A DNA stretch of 64,000 nucleotides. Source: an uncultured virus (IMG/VR IMGVR_UViG_3300018048_001965) (Duplodnaviria > Heunggongvirae > Uroviricota > Caudoviricetes). The position numbers and the translations under genes are program-made. Positions 10,020-19,079 of this stretch are shown in pieces. Under the pieces are notes generated by a model. That model saw only the letters and a program-made list of their open reading frames with translations. It ran no database searches and was not told where the DNA came from. The stretch lies in the IMG/VR virus record IMGVR_UViG_3300018048_001965. The stretch is one strand, 5' to 3'. The stretch's first letter is position 1. Each line of letters begins with the position of its first letter.

Positions 10020-12388
10020 TGCCTTATATAGTTAGATTTACAGACTTTGTAAATAAGGGATCTATTGAAATCAGTGACGGAGAAATTAACTTAATCGATA
10101 CTAGTTTAAAATTTCCAGGTAAAGGTGCAATTGGTTATGGCCAAGCAATTGCTGATAATTTTCTACATTTACTAGAAAACTTTGCAGGTGCATCTGAACC
10201 TAGTAACCCTGTTGAAGGACAATTATGGTATGATACTTCAGCCGGCATTGATCAATTAAAAATATATGATAGTGCTCAATGGCGCACGGCAAGTGGATTT
10301 GTAAAAGCAGCTTCACAGCCATTATCTAATCAGTCGTCACCGGGCGACTTATGGGTTGATACAGTTAACCAACAATTATATATCTTTTCAGGAAATACTT
10401 GGTTGTTAATTGGACCTGAAGCAGGAACAGGACTACTTACAGGCGGCAGAGCACAAACTGTTTTAGACATTGATAATCTAAGCAAAAGTATATTCATTAT
10501 GTATATACAGGATATACCATATGCTATTGTAAGTGCAGAAGAATTTACACCTAAAACTGCTATCAGTGGGTTTGGTACTCTTAAGAAAGGTTTTAATTTA
10601 CGTAATGAAGGTAGTATAGATAATCCTATAAAATTTATTGGTGTAGCTGAAAGTGCTAAAGGACTAATAGTTGTTGAAAGTGGCGGCGCAGTTGAAGTTG
10701 CTGCTGAAAAATTTATAAGAACTGATTCTCGTGCAATTTTAAACGAACAACTTACAATCAATAATAACTCTGGAGTTAAACTTGGAACAGATAGCCAATT
10801 CCAGATAGGTGTAAATGGTACGTCAGTTGAATTAAAAAACAATAACCAAATATCTTCAATCGATTTAATACTTAAAGATATAGATCAATCTTTTAATACT
10901 GTTTTAAGAGTCAATAGTGAAGAAAGGGTAGGCATTAATAACCTTGCACCAAGTCAGGCACTTGATGTTATAGGTAATATTAAAGCAACAGTTGATACAA
11001 CAGATCCTACTAACACAGGTAAAATAGAAGCTAGTAATACTGAAAATGCTATTAACTTTAGTTCAGGCTCTCTTGTAGTAAAAGGCGGCGCTGGGATTGC
11101 TCAAGATTTACATATCGGCGGCAGTATAAACATTGCAGGAAGCACTATAGTAAATGCCCATATATTGCCTGCACTAGAAATTAACTCTTACGATATAGGA
11201 TCGTCAGATGCTCCTTTTAAGAGAATGTATGCAGAATCATTTTTAGGAAATGTTACTGGTAATGTTACTGGTAATGTTACTGGTAGATCAACTACTGCTG
11301 ATAAATTAACTAATGCAACTACATTTAGAATGCAAGGCGATTTTACAAGTAATAGTTTTGAGTTTGACGGACAGTCAGGATCTGAAAAGGTATTTGAAGT
11401 TTCAATATCAAACGATATCGTTGCTAGTAAAACAAGACTTAGAGCTGATTTAATCAGTAACACAGACGAACTGTTAATTAACAAAACTACAGGAGCAGAT
11501 TCAGGACTGTATAAAGTAAACAAAGTTGATTTATTGTCATCTGTGCCTATTACACCGGTCGGTAGTATTATGCCATATGCAGGTGTTACAGCGCCTGCAG
11601 GTTGGTTACTATGCACAGGGCAAGAAGTATTTAAAACTGACTACAACGAACTATGGCAAGTGATAGGACATAACTTTAAATCAGCAAGTTTAGTTAGCGA
11701 TGGCGGAGATTTAAAATTCGGATTACCTGATTTAAGAGGTAGATTTCCTTTAGGTGTTGATAATATGGGCGGCCAAGCAGCAAACCGTGTTACTGGATCA
11801 GTTGCAAGTTTTACAAACGTTCAGCAAACATCAACAACGGGTACTGGTTCTGGCGCTGTATTCAGTGTACAACTTAATGCTGGAAATTATAATGTACAAG
11901 TTACTAATCCAGGTACTGGATATACAGTTGCAGAAAAAGTTACAATTTCTGGAGTTATATTCGGCGGCGCTACACCTACTCATGATCTAGTAATTACAAT
12001 TAACTCATTAACTGTAGGTGGAATTGCTACATTTAGCTTTACAGGTATTGCATTTGAAGGCGGCGGCCCAGATACAATAGGTCAATCACAAGGAAATCAA
12101 TCATATGCAATTAATACACAGAATTTACCAGACCATGATCATACTTTAGAAGGTGAAGAATCTCAATTCTATGCTATCAGTCAGAAAGCACAGGATCCAG
12201 ATAACCCGGGGCAGTTATTAACCGATCCAGACGGTATTCCTATATCTATAGAAGCAGGTGCCTCGGGTTATCAAGGAAAAACAACTACAGGAGGTATAGA
12301 AACAGGCGGTGCCTTAGGTTCACCACTTAATGTTATGAACCCCTACTTGGCATTAAATTATATTATATACGCAGGAACATCAACATGA
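10019..12388 (+). CDS. Tail fibre/baseplate protein with phage tail-collar domain
   Basis: Tail-collar signature PVGSIMPYAG..APAGWLLCTGQ...LPDLRGRFPLG, plus NLPDHDH and MNPYLALNYII. The N-terminal domain is shared with the next two ORFs. Confidence 0.85.
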   Translation: MPYIVRFTDFVNKGSIEISDGEINLIDTSLKFPGKGAIGYGQAIADNFLHLLENFAGASEPSNPVEGQLWYDTSAGIDQLKIYDSAQWRTASGFVKAASQPLSNQSSPGDLWVDTVNQQLYIFSGNTWLLIGPEAGTGLLTGGRAQTVLDIDNLSKSIFIMYIQDIPYAIVSAEEFTPKTAISGFGTLKKGFNLRNEGSIDNPIKFIGVAESAKGLIVVESGGAVEVAAEKFIRTDSRAILNEQLTINNNSGVKLGTDSQFQIGVNGTSVELKNNNQISSIDLILKDIDQSFNTVLRVNSEERVGINNLAPSQALDVIGNIKATVDTTDPTNTGKIEASNTENAINFSSGSLVVKGGAGIAQDLHIGGSINIAGSTIVNAHILPALEINSYDIGSSDAPFKRMYAESFLGNVTGNVTGNVTGRSTTADKLTNATTFRMQGDFTSNSFEFDGQSGSEKVFEVSISNDIVASKTRLRADLISNTDELLINKTTGADSGLYKVNKVDLLSSVPITPVGSIMPYAGVTAPAGWLLCTGQEVFKTDYNELWQVIGHNFKSASLVSDGGDLKFGLPDLRGRFPLGVDNMGGQAANRVTGSVASFTNVQQTSTTGTGSGAVFSVQLNAGNYNVQVTNPGTGYTVAEKVTISGVIFGGATPTHDLVITINSLTVGGIATFSFTGIAFEGGGPDTIGQSQGNQSYAINTQNLPDHDHTLEGEESQFYAISQKAQDPDNPGQLLTDPDGIPISIEAGASGYQGKTTTGGIETGGALGSPLNVMNPYLALNYIIYAGTST
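11249..11284 (+). repeat. Three perfect copies of the 12-bp unit AATGTTACTGGT, encoding (NVTG)3
   Basis: Read directly. GNVT repeats are typical of fibre shafts. Confidence 0.9.
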
Positions 12389-14271
12389 GCTATCAATTAA
12401 ATAAAACAAACGGTACAGTACTAGTAGACTTAATTGACGGAAAGATTGATACTACAAGTACAAACTTAACGCTTGTAGGTAGAGGGTATAGGGGCTACGG
12501 TGAAGTTTTTAATGAAAACTTTATCAAATTGCTTGAAAACTTTTCGAATACTGCTGCACCAAGCAATCCGTTGACAGGGCAGTTATGGTGGGATAGCGCA
12601 AACAACCAGTTAAAAATTTATACTGGTGTAGAATGGAAATCAACAGGCGAACCGTTTATTCAGTCAACACAGCCTATTGGATTAGCAGCTGGTGACTTTT
12701 GGTTTAACAATAGTGATGACCAGTTATACTTTTTTGATGGCGGCGGCGATCCATTATTAATTGGACCGAGTTTTACTAAAAACCAAGGTAAAACAGGTTT
12801 CTTCGTTGAAACTATTAAAAGTATTACAGAAGTTGAGATTACAATTGCAAAACTATACATCAATAACGAAGAAGTTGGTTTATTTAGTAACATAGAATTT
12901 ACACCTGCTGTAGTGGCTAGAATTCCAGCACTTGTATCAGCAAGTAATCCTAATGGTATTATATTCAAAGGGTTTAACGTATACGATAAAGTAAATTTTA
13001 AGTTTATTGGTACTGCTGAAAGTACTTCAAACTTAGCAACAACTGACGGACAATTACTCAATGCTGATCAGTTTATTAGATCTGATATTGATAGTTTAAC
13101 AACTGGTAGATTAGAAATAAGAAACACAAACGGTTTAATATTCTCAAATACTACTAACACGATTATGAGTATGCGCCCACAGGGTGCTAATTTCTTTATC
13201 GAAAATCCTATCTCAAATAGTGACCTTGCATTAAGAGTTGTGTCTGGGGCTAACTTAGGTAACTTAACTAACGCTGTATACATTGATGCTAGTGAAGGTA
13301 GAGTTGGTATAATGAATATTGATCGACTTCCGTTATATACGCTAGATGTTGAAGGTGATACACGAATAACAGGCAACTTAATTGTTGAAGGTGAGCAATT
13401 AAGCGTTGAAGTTACAACCTTGCAAGTTTTGGATAAATCGATAAAACTTGCTGTTACTGCTGACGGTACAGCACAAGACGATTTATTTGCAGACGGCGGT
13501 GGTATTATTGTTAGATCTACACAGGGCGATAAAACGTTCTTATGGGAATACGATTCAAACGCTTGGGAATCAAACAAAGATTTAAATTTAACAAGTGAAT
13601 CGCTAAGTTATAGAATTAACGGTAGTATTAAATTAACAGAAAACAGTTTACAAAACATTAACTTTGCAGATGATTTAGTTAGACTAGGTACATTGGTGTA
13701 TTTAGATGTAGATAACATTAACATAGACGGCAATACTGTTTTAGCAACAGGTAATTTAAATTTACAAGCTACAGGTAATATTACATTTACTACAGGCGGC
13801 CAGTTACAAATTAACCCTGTTGCTAGAATAAGTGGTATTGCTACACCACAGAATCCAGGTGATGCTGCTAACAAAGTATATGTCGATAATACAACATTAA
13901 CACAGCCATTAGCTATGTCATTAGACGTTACAGGTATTGATACTAACCTAGCATATCTAGAAATTGTTGCTTCTTACTTAGCAGGACTGTTTCCAGTTGA
14001 ATCTGTTAACGTTGGTAAACTAGCAAGAATACACACAACTAGTTATAGTAGTGTTACAATTAATATTGAAACAGCAAAGAATATTTCAACGGTTGCTGTT
14101 GACAAAAATGGTACAGAAAATCAACCAGTGGTTCGAGATATTGCGTTTAACAATATCGAATTCACAAATCCAAACAGACAACTTTTAACTTATGAAGTGC
14201 AGGCAAATACTGATCCTGTCACTAACATTACAACAATTGAATGGGTAAACATAGGTATTGAAAGTTTATAA
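12385..14271 (+). CDS. Tail fibre/baseplate protein (paralog of 10019 and 14311)
   Basis: Shared N-terminus GYG..NENFIKLLENF...PSNP..GQLWWD...GDFW...QLY. Fibre motif P..PGDAANKVYVD. ATGA overlap with the upstream gene. Confidence 0.75.
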   Translation: MSYQLNKTNGTVLVDLIDGKIDTTSTNLTLVGRGYRGYGEVFNENFIKLLENFSNTAAPSNPLTGQLWWDSANNQLKIYTGVEWKSTGEPFIQSTQPIGLAAGDFWFNNSDDQLYFFDGGGDPLLIGPSFTKNQGKTGFFVETIKSITEVEITIAKLYINNEEVGLFSNIEFTPAVVARIPALVSASNPNGIIFKGFNVYDKVNFKFIGTAESTSNLATTDGQLLNADQFIRSDIDSLTTGRLEIRNTNGLIFSNTTNTIMSMRPQGANFFIENPISNSDLALRVVSGANLGNLTNAVYIDASEGRVGIMNIDRLPLYTLDVEGDTRITGNLIVEGEQLSVEVTTLQVLDKSIKLAVTADGTAQDDLFADGGGIIVRSTQGDKTFLWEYDSNAWESNKDLNLTSESLSYRINGSIKLTENSLQNINFADDLVRLGTLVYLDVDNINIDGNTVLATGNLNLQATGNITFTTGGQLQINPVARISGIATPQNPGDAANKVYVDNTTLTQPLAMSLDVTGIDTNLAYLEIVASYLAGLFPVESVNVGKLARIHTTSYSSVTINIETAKNISTVAVDKNGTENQPVVRDIAFNNIEFTNPNRQLLTYEVQANTDPVTNITTIEWVNIGIESL

Positions 14272-14277
14272 AGATAC

Positions 14278-14285
14278 GATAAATA
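14278..14285 (+). promoter_or_regulatory. T4-type late promoter-like box (GATAAATA)
   Basis: Intergenic TAAATA upstream of AGGGG SD and ATG 14311. Confidence 0.55.
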
Positions 14286-14310
14286 ATAATAGCATTTAGG
14301 GGTACAGAAT

Positions 14311-15834
14311 ATGGCTTATCAAATTGATAGATTCGACAATTCACTGTTAACAACAGTAGAAGATGGAACTATAGATCAAACAACCAATATCAAATTTATT
14401 GGTAAAAACTACGCAGGGTACGGAGAGATTCAAAACGAAAACTTATTGTTCTTGTTAGAAAACTTTGCAGGCGGAAACGCACCAACTAGAGCAATTAGAG
14501 GGCAGTTATGGTACGATTCTACAAATAGTAAACTAAAATATTTTGTTGCTACTCCTGGCGCATTACCAGGTATTGGATATTGGAAATCAACAGGCGGTTC
14601 TGAGATCGCATCAAGTGCACCTAGTACACTTGTTAAAGGTGATTTTTGGTGGGACGAAGTAAACAATCAGTTATATGTGCATAACGGTACAGCAGGAGAT
14701 AATCAATATACCCTAGTTGGTCCTCAGTCTGCTGGTTCAGGTATTACTAACATGGTAAGTGAACAAGTAATTGATACGTTAGGTGCTACAAAAACTATTA
14801 TTAAAGCTGTAATTAATGATCAAACTTCGTATATTATAAGTAACGAAGAATTTACTTTAGGATCACTTAATCCTATTGCCGGCTTTGATAAAATTAAAAA
14901 AGGTACAACCCTAAAATATACTTTAGATTCAGACAACGGTGTTACAAATAGTACTAATGTAGCCGGAAATGATTATGTTTACCATGGTACTGCTTCTAAT
15001 GCAGAAAAACTAGGTGGCGTTGCAGCAAGTGCATATGCACTAAGTGCCGCAGCTAACTTTTCTGCAACACTAACAGCACCTAGTGCAACTATAGATGGAA
15101 TTTTTGGTCTATCTACACAAAGCGGTGCTGGTGTACTATCAAACAATAATGGTAGTAACAGTGAAATAATTTTTAAAACAACAAACGCTTCAGGTACACT
15201 AACTGATGTAGCAAAAATTACACACCCAGCAGTAGTTCCGGTATTAGACAATGTAACTGATTTAGGATCGCCTACATTACAATGGGCAGAAGTACATGCT
15301 GTAAACTTTAGAGGCGAATCTGATAAAGCAACTAATCTTAAAGTAAATGATCCTGCAGCAGGCGCACCTAGTCACCAAACAGCAACAGTCACTGCTGGCG
15401 GAAATACAATTGCCGCAAGAGATGCAAGCGGTGACATTACAGCAAATGTTTTTCATGGTACAGCAACACAAGCACAATTTGCTGACCTTGCAGAGAAATA
15501 TACCACTGCTGAAGAATTACCAGCAGGCACAGCAGTTGCAGTATGTGGACATCCGGATCATGAAGTAGAGCCAGCAAGCGCAAGTTCATTCTGTATTGGT
15601 GTTGTATCAACAGATCCTGCGCTTATGATGAATTCAGAAGCAGAAGGGCAATATATTGGACTTAAAGGACGTTTACCAGTAAGAGTAAAAGGTCCAGTTT
15701 CAAAGGGTATGGCAGTGTATGCTTGGGCAGAAGGTGTATGTACAACTATTGCTTCAACGGCAATGGTAGGCATAGCACTAGAAACAAATAACGATGAGGG
15801 CGAAAAATTAGTAGAATGTGTTCTTAAGGTATAA
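14311..15834 (+). CDS. Tail fibre protein with C-terminal intramolecular-chaperone/autoprocessing-like domain (Peptidase_G2-like)
   Basis: Shared N-terminal domain. The C-terminus ADLAEKY...GVVSTDPALMMN...LKGRLPVRVKG...GIALE is typical of fibre chaperone domains. Confidence 0.7.
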   Translation: MAYQIDRFDNSLLTTVEDGTIDQTTNIKFIGKNYAGYGEIQNENLLFLLENFAGGNAPTRAIRGQLWYDSTNSKLKYFVATPGALPGIGYWKSTGGSEIASSAPSTLVKGDFWWDEVNNQLYVHNGTAGDNQYTLVGPQSAGSGITNMVSEQVIDTLGATKTIIKAVINDQTSYIISNEEFTLGSLNPIAGFDKIKKGTTLKYTLDSDNGVTNSTNVAGNDYVYHGTASNAEKLGGVAASAYALSAAANFSATLTAPSATIDGIFGLSTQSGAGVLSNNNGSNSEIIFKTTNASGTLTDVAKITHPAVVPVLDNVTDLGSPTLQWAEVHAVNFRGESDKATNLKVNDPAAGAPSHQTATVTAGGNTIAARDASGDITANVFHGTATQAQFADLAEKYTTAEELPAGTAVAVCGHPDHEVEPASASSFCIGVVSTDPALMMNSEAEGQYIGLKGRLPVRVKGPVSKGMAVYAWAEGVCTTIASTAMVGIALETNNDEGEKLVECVLKV

Positions 15835-15845
15835 AGGAAAGATAA

Positions 15846-16832
15846 ATGGCCGTCGGAGATTTAATTACAGCATCAAGGTTTAACCTATTGCAAAACAGAA
15901 TAGCAGCAGTTTTAGGAACTGGCGCTGGACAAACTGGATATGGACAAGGTGCTTCAGGTTATGGTGGTGCTATAAGTAGTGAAGAAGTAACAAACATCCC
16001 AGGCGGCAATATGCAAGTTAATGTTACTGCACAGTCTTTTAATAATTTATACAAAGACTTGATAAGAGCAAGATTACACCAAATTGGGTTATTAAGTTCT
16101 GAAATAACTGATCAAATAAAAAATCTTGAATTTGTAGCCGGAATTGATATTATAGGCGAAGAGTCAACTGGCACAGGAGCTGATGCTGAATTTAAAGGTA
16201 TTGCTGATCTAGAAAGAATGATGGATAGAATCGAAACTGATAAATTCTTAGTTGATTCGACTCAGTCAGTAGTCGAATTGGGTACTTCTTCCACTAGAAC
16301 TTCTCAATGGAATGGACAACTTATACATGAAGTAAAAGTTTCTTTTAATAATTCTGGTCATCGTAGACATTTTTTTAACTCAGGCGGTGAACTTAGAATA
16401 GAAACATCTAATTTAGGTTATGCAACCCCTAAAGGCAATGACTGGAGTGTTCTATTACAACGAGCAGGTATAGTTAAGTTTAACCATAGTGATACTAGTA
16501 CAACTGACCAGGGAACACCTTCTGCAATCGGCAACTATGATTTAACAACTTCTTATCAATTAATTTATACTAAATTAAGCAATGGTGGAATATATCCTAC
16601 ATATAATCAAAATTTAATGGAAATATATGCAAAAGAAGTTTCTGATTCTGAAATACAATTTAAAATTGTATTTGATGATTTGGAAAGCGGCGCAGAAGAT
16701 GATTTAATTGACGGAACTTTAAAGAGTAGTGTAAATCATTTAAGAGCAAAAAGTACTCTAACTGGTGATGATTTAATTGACTTTTATATCGAAGTTCCTG
16801 CACCAGTTTACCAAAACATAACAACACTGTAA
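15846..16832 (+). CDS. Putative virion structural protein (paralog of next gene)
   Basis: Shares ITA.R.N.L..RI..V.G, RARxHQIG, WNG...HE, FFN.G and SxIGNYDLT..YQ with the next ORF. SD AAGGA. Confidence 0.6.
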   Translation: MAVGDLITASRFNLLQNRIAAVLGTGAGQTGYGQGASGYGGAISSEEVTNIPGGNMQVNVTAQSFNNLYKDLIRARLHQIGLLSSEITDQIKNLEFVAGIDIIGEESTGTGADAEFKGIADLERMMDRIETDKFLVDSTQSVVELGTSSTRTSQWNGQLIHEVKVSFNNSGHRRHFFNSGGELRIETSNLGYATPKGNDWSVLLQRAGIVKFNHSDTSTTDQGTPSAIGNYDLTTSYQLIYTKLSNGGIYPTYNQNLMEIYAKEVSDSEIQFKIVFDDLESGAEDDLIDGTLKSSVNHLRAKSTLTGDDLIDFYIEVPAPVYQNITTL

Positions 16833-16834
16833 AG

Positions 16835-16840
16835 TAAATA
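16835..16840 (+). promoter_or_regulatory. Late promoter-like TAAATA core
   Basis: Intergenic, upstream of AGGAG-N5-ATG 16877. Confidence 0.45.
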
Positions 16841-16876
16841 AACTATATATAATGATATAGTTTGACAGGAGTCCCA

Positions 16877-17824
16877 ATGCCTACCTTTATTACAGCCACG
16901 CGATATAACAATCTACGTTCTCGAATATTATCAGTAATGGGAGATTCTTCTTCAGGTGCTAACGAAACATATGGCTACGGAAACAGTATTGATTCTACAA
17001 CAGTAGCAGCAACATCTAGCGGTGATTTGATTAGTGAACAACAGTATTTAGATATTTATAGCGATATTGTAAGAGCAAGAGTACACCAGATTGGAACAAC
17101 CGCTTTTGGGACAATTGAAAGTCCTTATGTAACTGGTGATTACCTTGCAAACACAACTAATACTGATAAAATTGAAGAAGCTCACATAATATATCTTGAA
17201 GGTTTAATGACTGATTGCGAAAATAATAGATTTGACCTACATACTAGTCAACGTTCTGAAACTTCATATTCGAGTAATAGCAGAACAACTCCATGGAATG
17301 GTGCTGTAAATCATGAATTCACACTAACATTTGCAGACGCTGCTGCACGTAGAGAATTTTTTAATGCAGGTAGTAGAGTGAAAATAGATTCTACACAAAC
17401 AGGCGATAACTCTACAAAGGGTCAAGAATGGTCGGGTATAATCGGAACTGGACACGTTGAGTTTGGTTATACAAGCACTATACACAGCACAGGCTATGGT
17501 ACTGCTTCGAGTATTGGTAACTATGATCTTACTAGTACTTACCAAACTATATGGCAAAAAACAGCATCAACGTATACAGGTAACATTTTTTATATTCAAG
17601 CAAAAGAAGATAACACTTCTAGAATTAGATTTAACGTAGTGTTTGACGATGTTAATACAGGCGGCGTTGATGGACAAGGTACTGATGTTGACGAAGACGT
17701 CCAGGGCACGTTAACAGTACAACCGTCTGTACTGAGAGCAAATGGTACAATGGTAATAGGGTCTAACACAGTCACCACTGTAAGTGTAGCAGCACCAACT
17801 TACAACTCTACAAGCAACCTGTAA
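16877..17824 (+). CDS. Putative virion structural protein (paralog of previous gene)
   Basis: Start moved from TTG 16862 to ATG 16877, based on the AGGAG SD and N-terminal alignment with its paralog. Rich in Thr, Ser and Gly. Confidence 0.6.
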   Translation: MPTFITATRYNNLRSRILSVMGDSSSGANETYGYGNSIDSTTVAATSSGDLISEQQYLDIYSDIVRARVHQIGTTAFGTIESPYVTGDYLANTTNTDKIEEAHIIYLEGLMTDCENNRFDLHTSQRSETSYSSNSRTTPWNGAVNHEFTLTFADAAARREFFNAGSRVKIDSTQTGDNSTKGQEWSGIIGTGHVEFGYTSTIHSTGYGTASSIGNYDLTSTYQTIWQKTASTYTGNIFYIQAKEDNTSRIRFNVVFDDVNTGGVDGQGTDVDEDVQGTLTVQPSVLRANGTMVIGSNTVTTVSVAAPTYNSTSNL

Positions 17825-17841
17825 TAATAAGTATATTCATA

Positions 17842-17870
17842 TTGACTTACTAAACAATCTGTGTTATACT
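17842..17870 (+). promoter_or_regulatory. Sigma70-type promoter: TTGACT-N17-TATACT with extended -10 TG
   Basis: -35 box at 17842-17847, -10 box at 17865-17870, 17-nt spacer, TG at 17862-17863. Followed by SD AGGAGG (17881-17886) and ATG 17891. Confidence 0.8.
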
Positions 17871-17890
17871 TAACACTAACAGGAGGTAGT

Positions 17891-18244
17891 ATGGACGAAA
17901 GATTAGAAAAAGCCCTTGACTTTAGCAAGTATATGGTTACGATCAATAATCAAAAACGTATTCTTCAAGAAAAGTTTAAAGAAAGTTTAATATATTTTAC
18001 TGAAGGTTCTCAGTTTACTATTACACGAGAGTTAATTACATTTATAGATTTACTAGTAAAGCAAGGTGCAGATACTGACGTTGTTTTGACTGATGACAAC
18101 GATCGTCCAGTAATGATACCAGACTTGTCTAAGTTTTTAGAAGATATTTTAGATATTTACTTTGAAGCTTCTAACGATTATCATAACAGTTATGTAGCAT
18201 TGGGTAAAAAACGTTCGGTAGAAAAATTAATAGAAAATGACTAA
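17891..18244 (+). CDS. Hypothetical protein (117 aa), first gene of the modification operon
   Basis: The perfect AGGAGG SD supports ATG 17891 over GTG 17861. Overlaps the next gene. Confidence 0.75.
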   Translation: MDERLEKALDFSKYMVTINNQKRILQEKFKESLIYFTEGSQFTITRELITFIDLLVKQGADTDVVLTDDNDRPVMIPDLSKFLEDILDIYFEASNDYHNSYVALGKKRSVEKLIEND

Positions 18245-19079
18245 AGGCGCATTACTATTTGCAAGAAATAACGGATCGCTTGATTATGTAAATCAAGCAC
18301 AATTTTTAGCAAAACGTATACAGAAGTATTTAAATATTCCTACTAGTATAGTTACTGATTCTCCAGACTACTTAGTAGAAAGTTTTGACCGAGGAATATT
18401 TGATAAGATTATTCCTACAGCATGGGAAGTTGTCCAGAATAATAGATTTTACTTTGATGGTACTTTAACACACAAAAAACTTCCTTTTAAAAATGCAGGC
18501 AGAGCACAAGCATATGATCTATCTCCATACGATAGCACATTGTTATTAGATACAGATTATATTATTTCTAATGATTTATTTAAATCCTGTTTTGACAGTC
18601 AATATGATTTAATGATGTTTAAAAATGCAAAAGATTTATCAGGAACACGTAGTGAAGCAGAGTTTAAGTACATAAGTGAGTGTGGTGTTGATTTTTATTG
18701 GGCAACTGTAGTATATTTTACAAAGACTGAATCAAATAAAATATTCTTTGATCTAATTTCACACATACAAGATAATTGGCCTCATTACAGGCGAGTGTAT
18801 CAAATTGACTCTCCGTTATTTAGAAATGACTTTGCATTTAGTATTGCAGCACATATTCTTAATGGTTTTGATGGACTTGATAGTTGTGTACAAGAATTAC
18901 CAGGTACGCATTATTATACAATTGATAAAGATATATGTTTAGAAATTAATGATGATTATATGCAATTTTTGGTTGAACGACCAAAATACTTAGGAGAATA
19001 TCTAGCATTAAGTACTAAAGGAAAAAGTGTTCATATAATGAATAAATTTAGTCTAGAAAGAGTAATTAATGAGCAATAG
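18237..19079 (+). CDS. GT-A fold glycosyltransferase-like protein (GT8-like)
   Basis: SPYDSTLLLDTD (DxD motif), WATVVYF, RNDFAFSIA. Paralogous to the next gene. Confidence 0.65.
   Translation: MTKGALLFARNNGSLDYVNQAQFLAKRIQKYLNIPTSIVTDSPDYLVESFDRGIFDKIIPTAWEVVQNNRFYFDGTLTHKKLPFKNAGRAQAYDLSPYDSTLLLDTDYIISNDLFKSCFDSQYDLMMFKNAKDLSGTRSEAEFKYISECGVDFYWATVVYFTKTESNKIFFDLISHIQDNWPHYRRVYQIDSPLFRNDFAFSIAAHILNGFDGLDSCVQELPGTHYYTIDKDICLEINDDYMQFLVERPKYLGEYLALSTKGKSVHIMNKFSLERVINEQ

Noticed and set aside
11249..11284. 12-bp tandem repeat as a CRISPR or contingency locus
   Set aside because: There are no spacers; it is an in-frame fibre-shaft repeat with only three copies.
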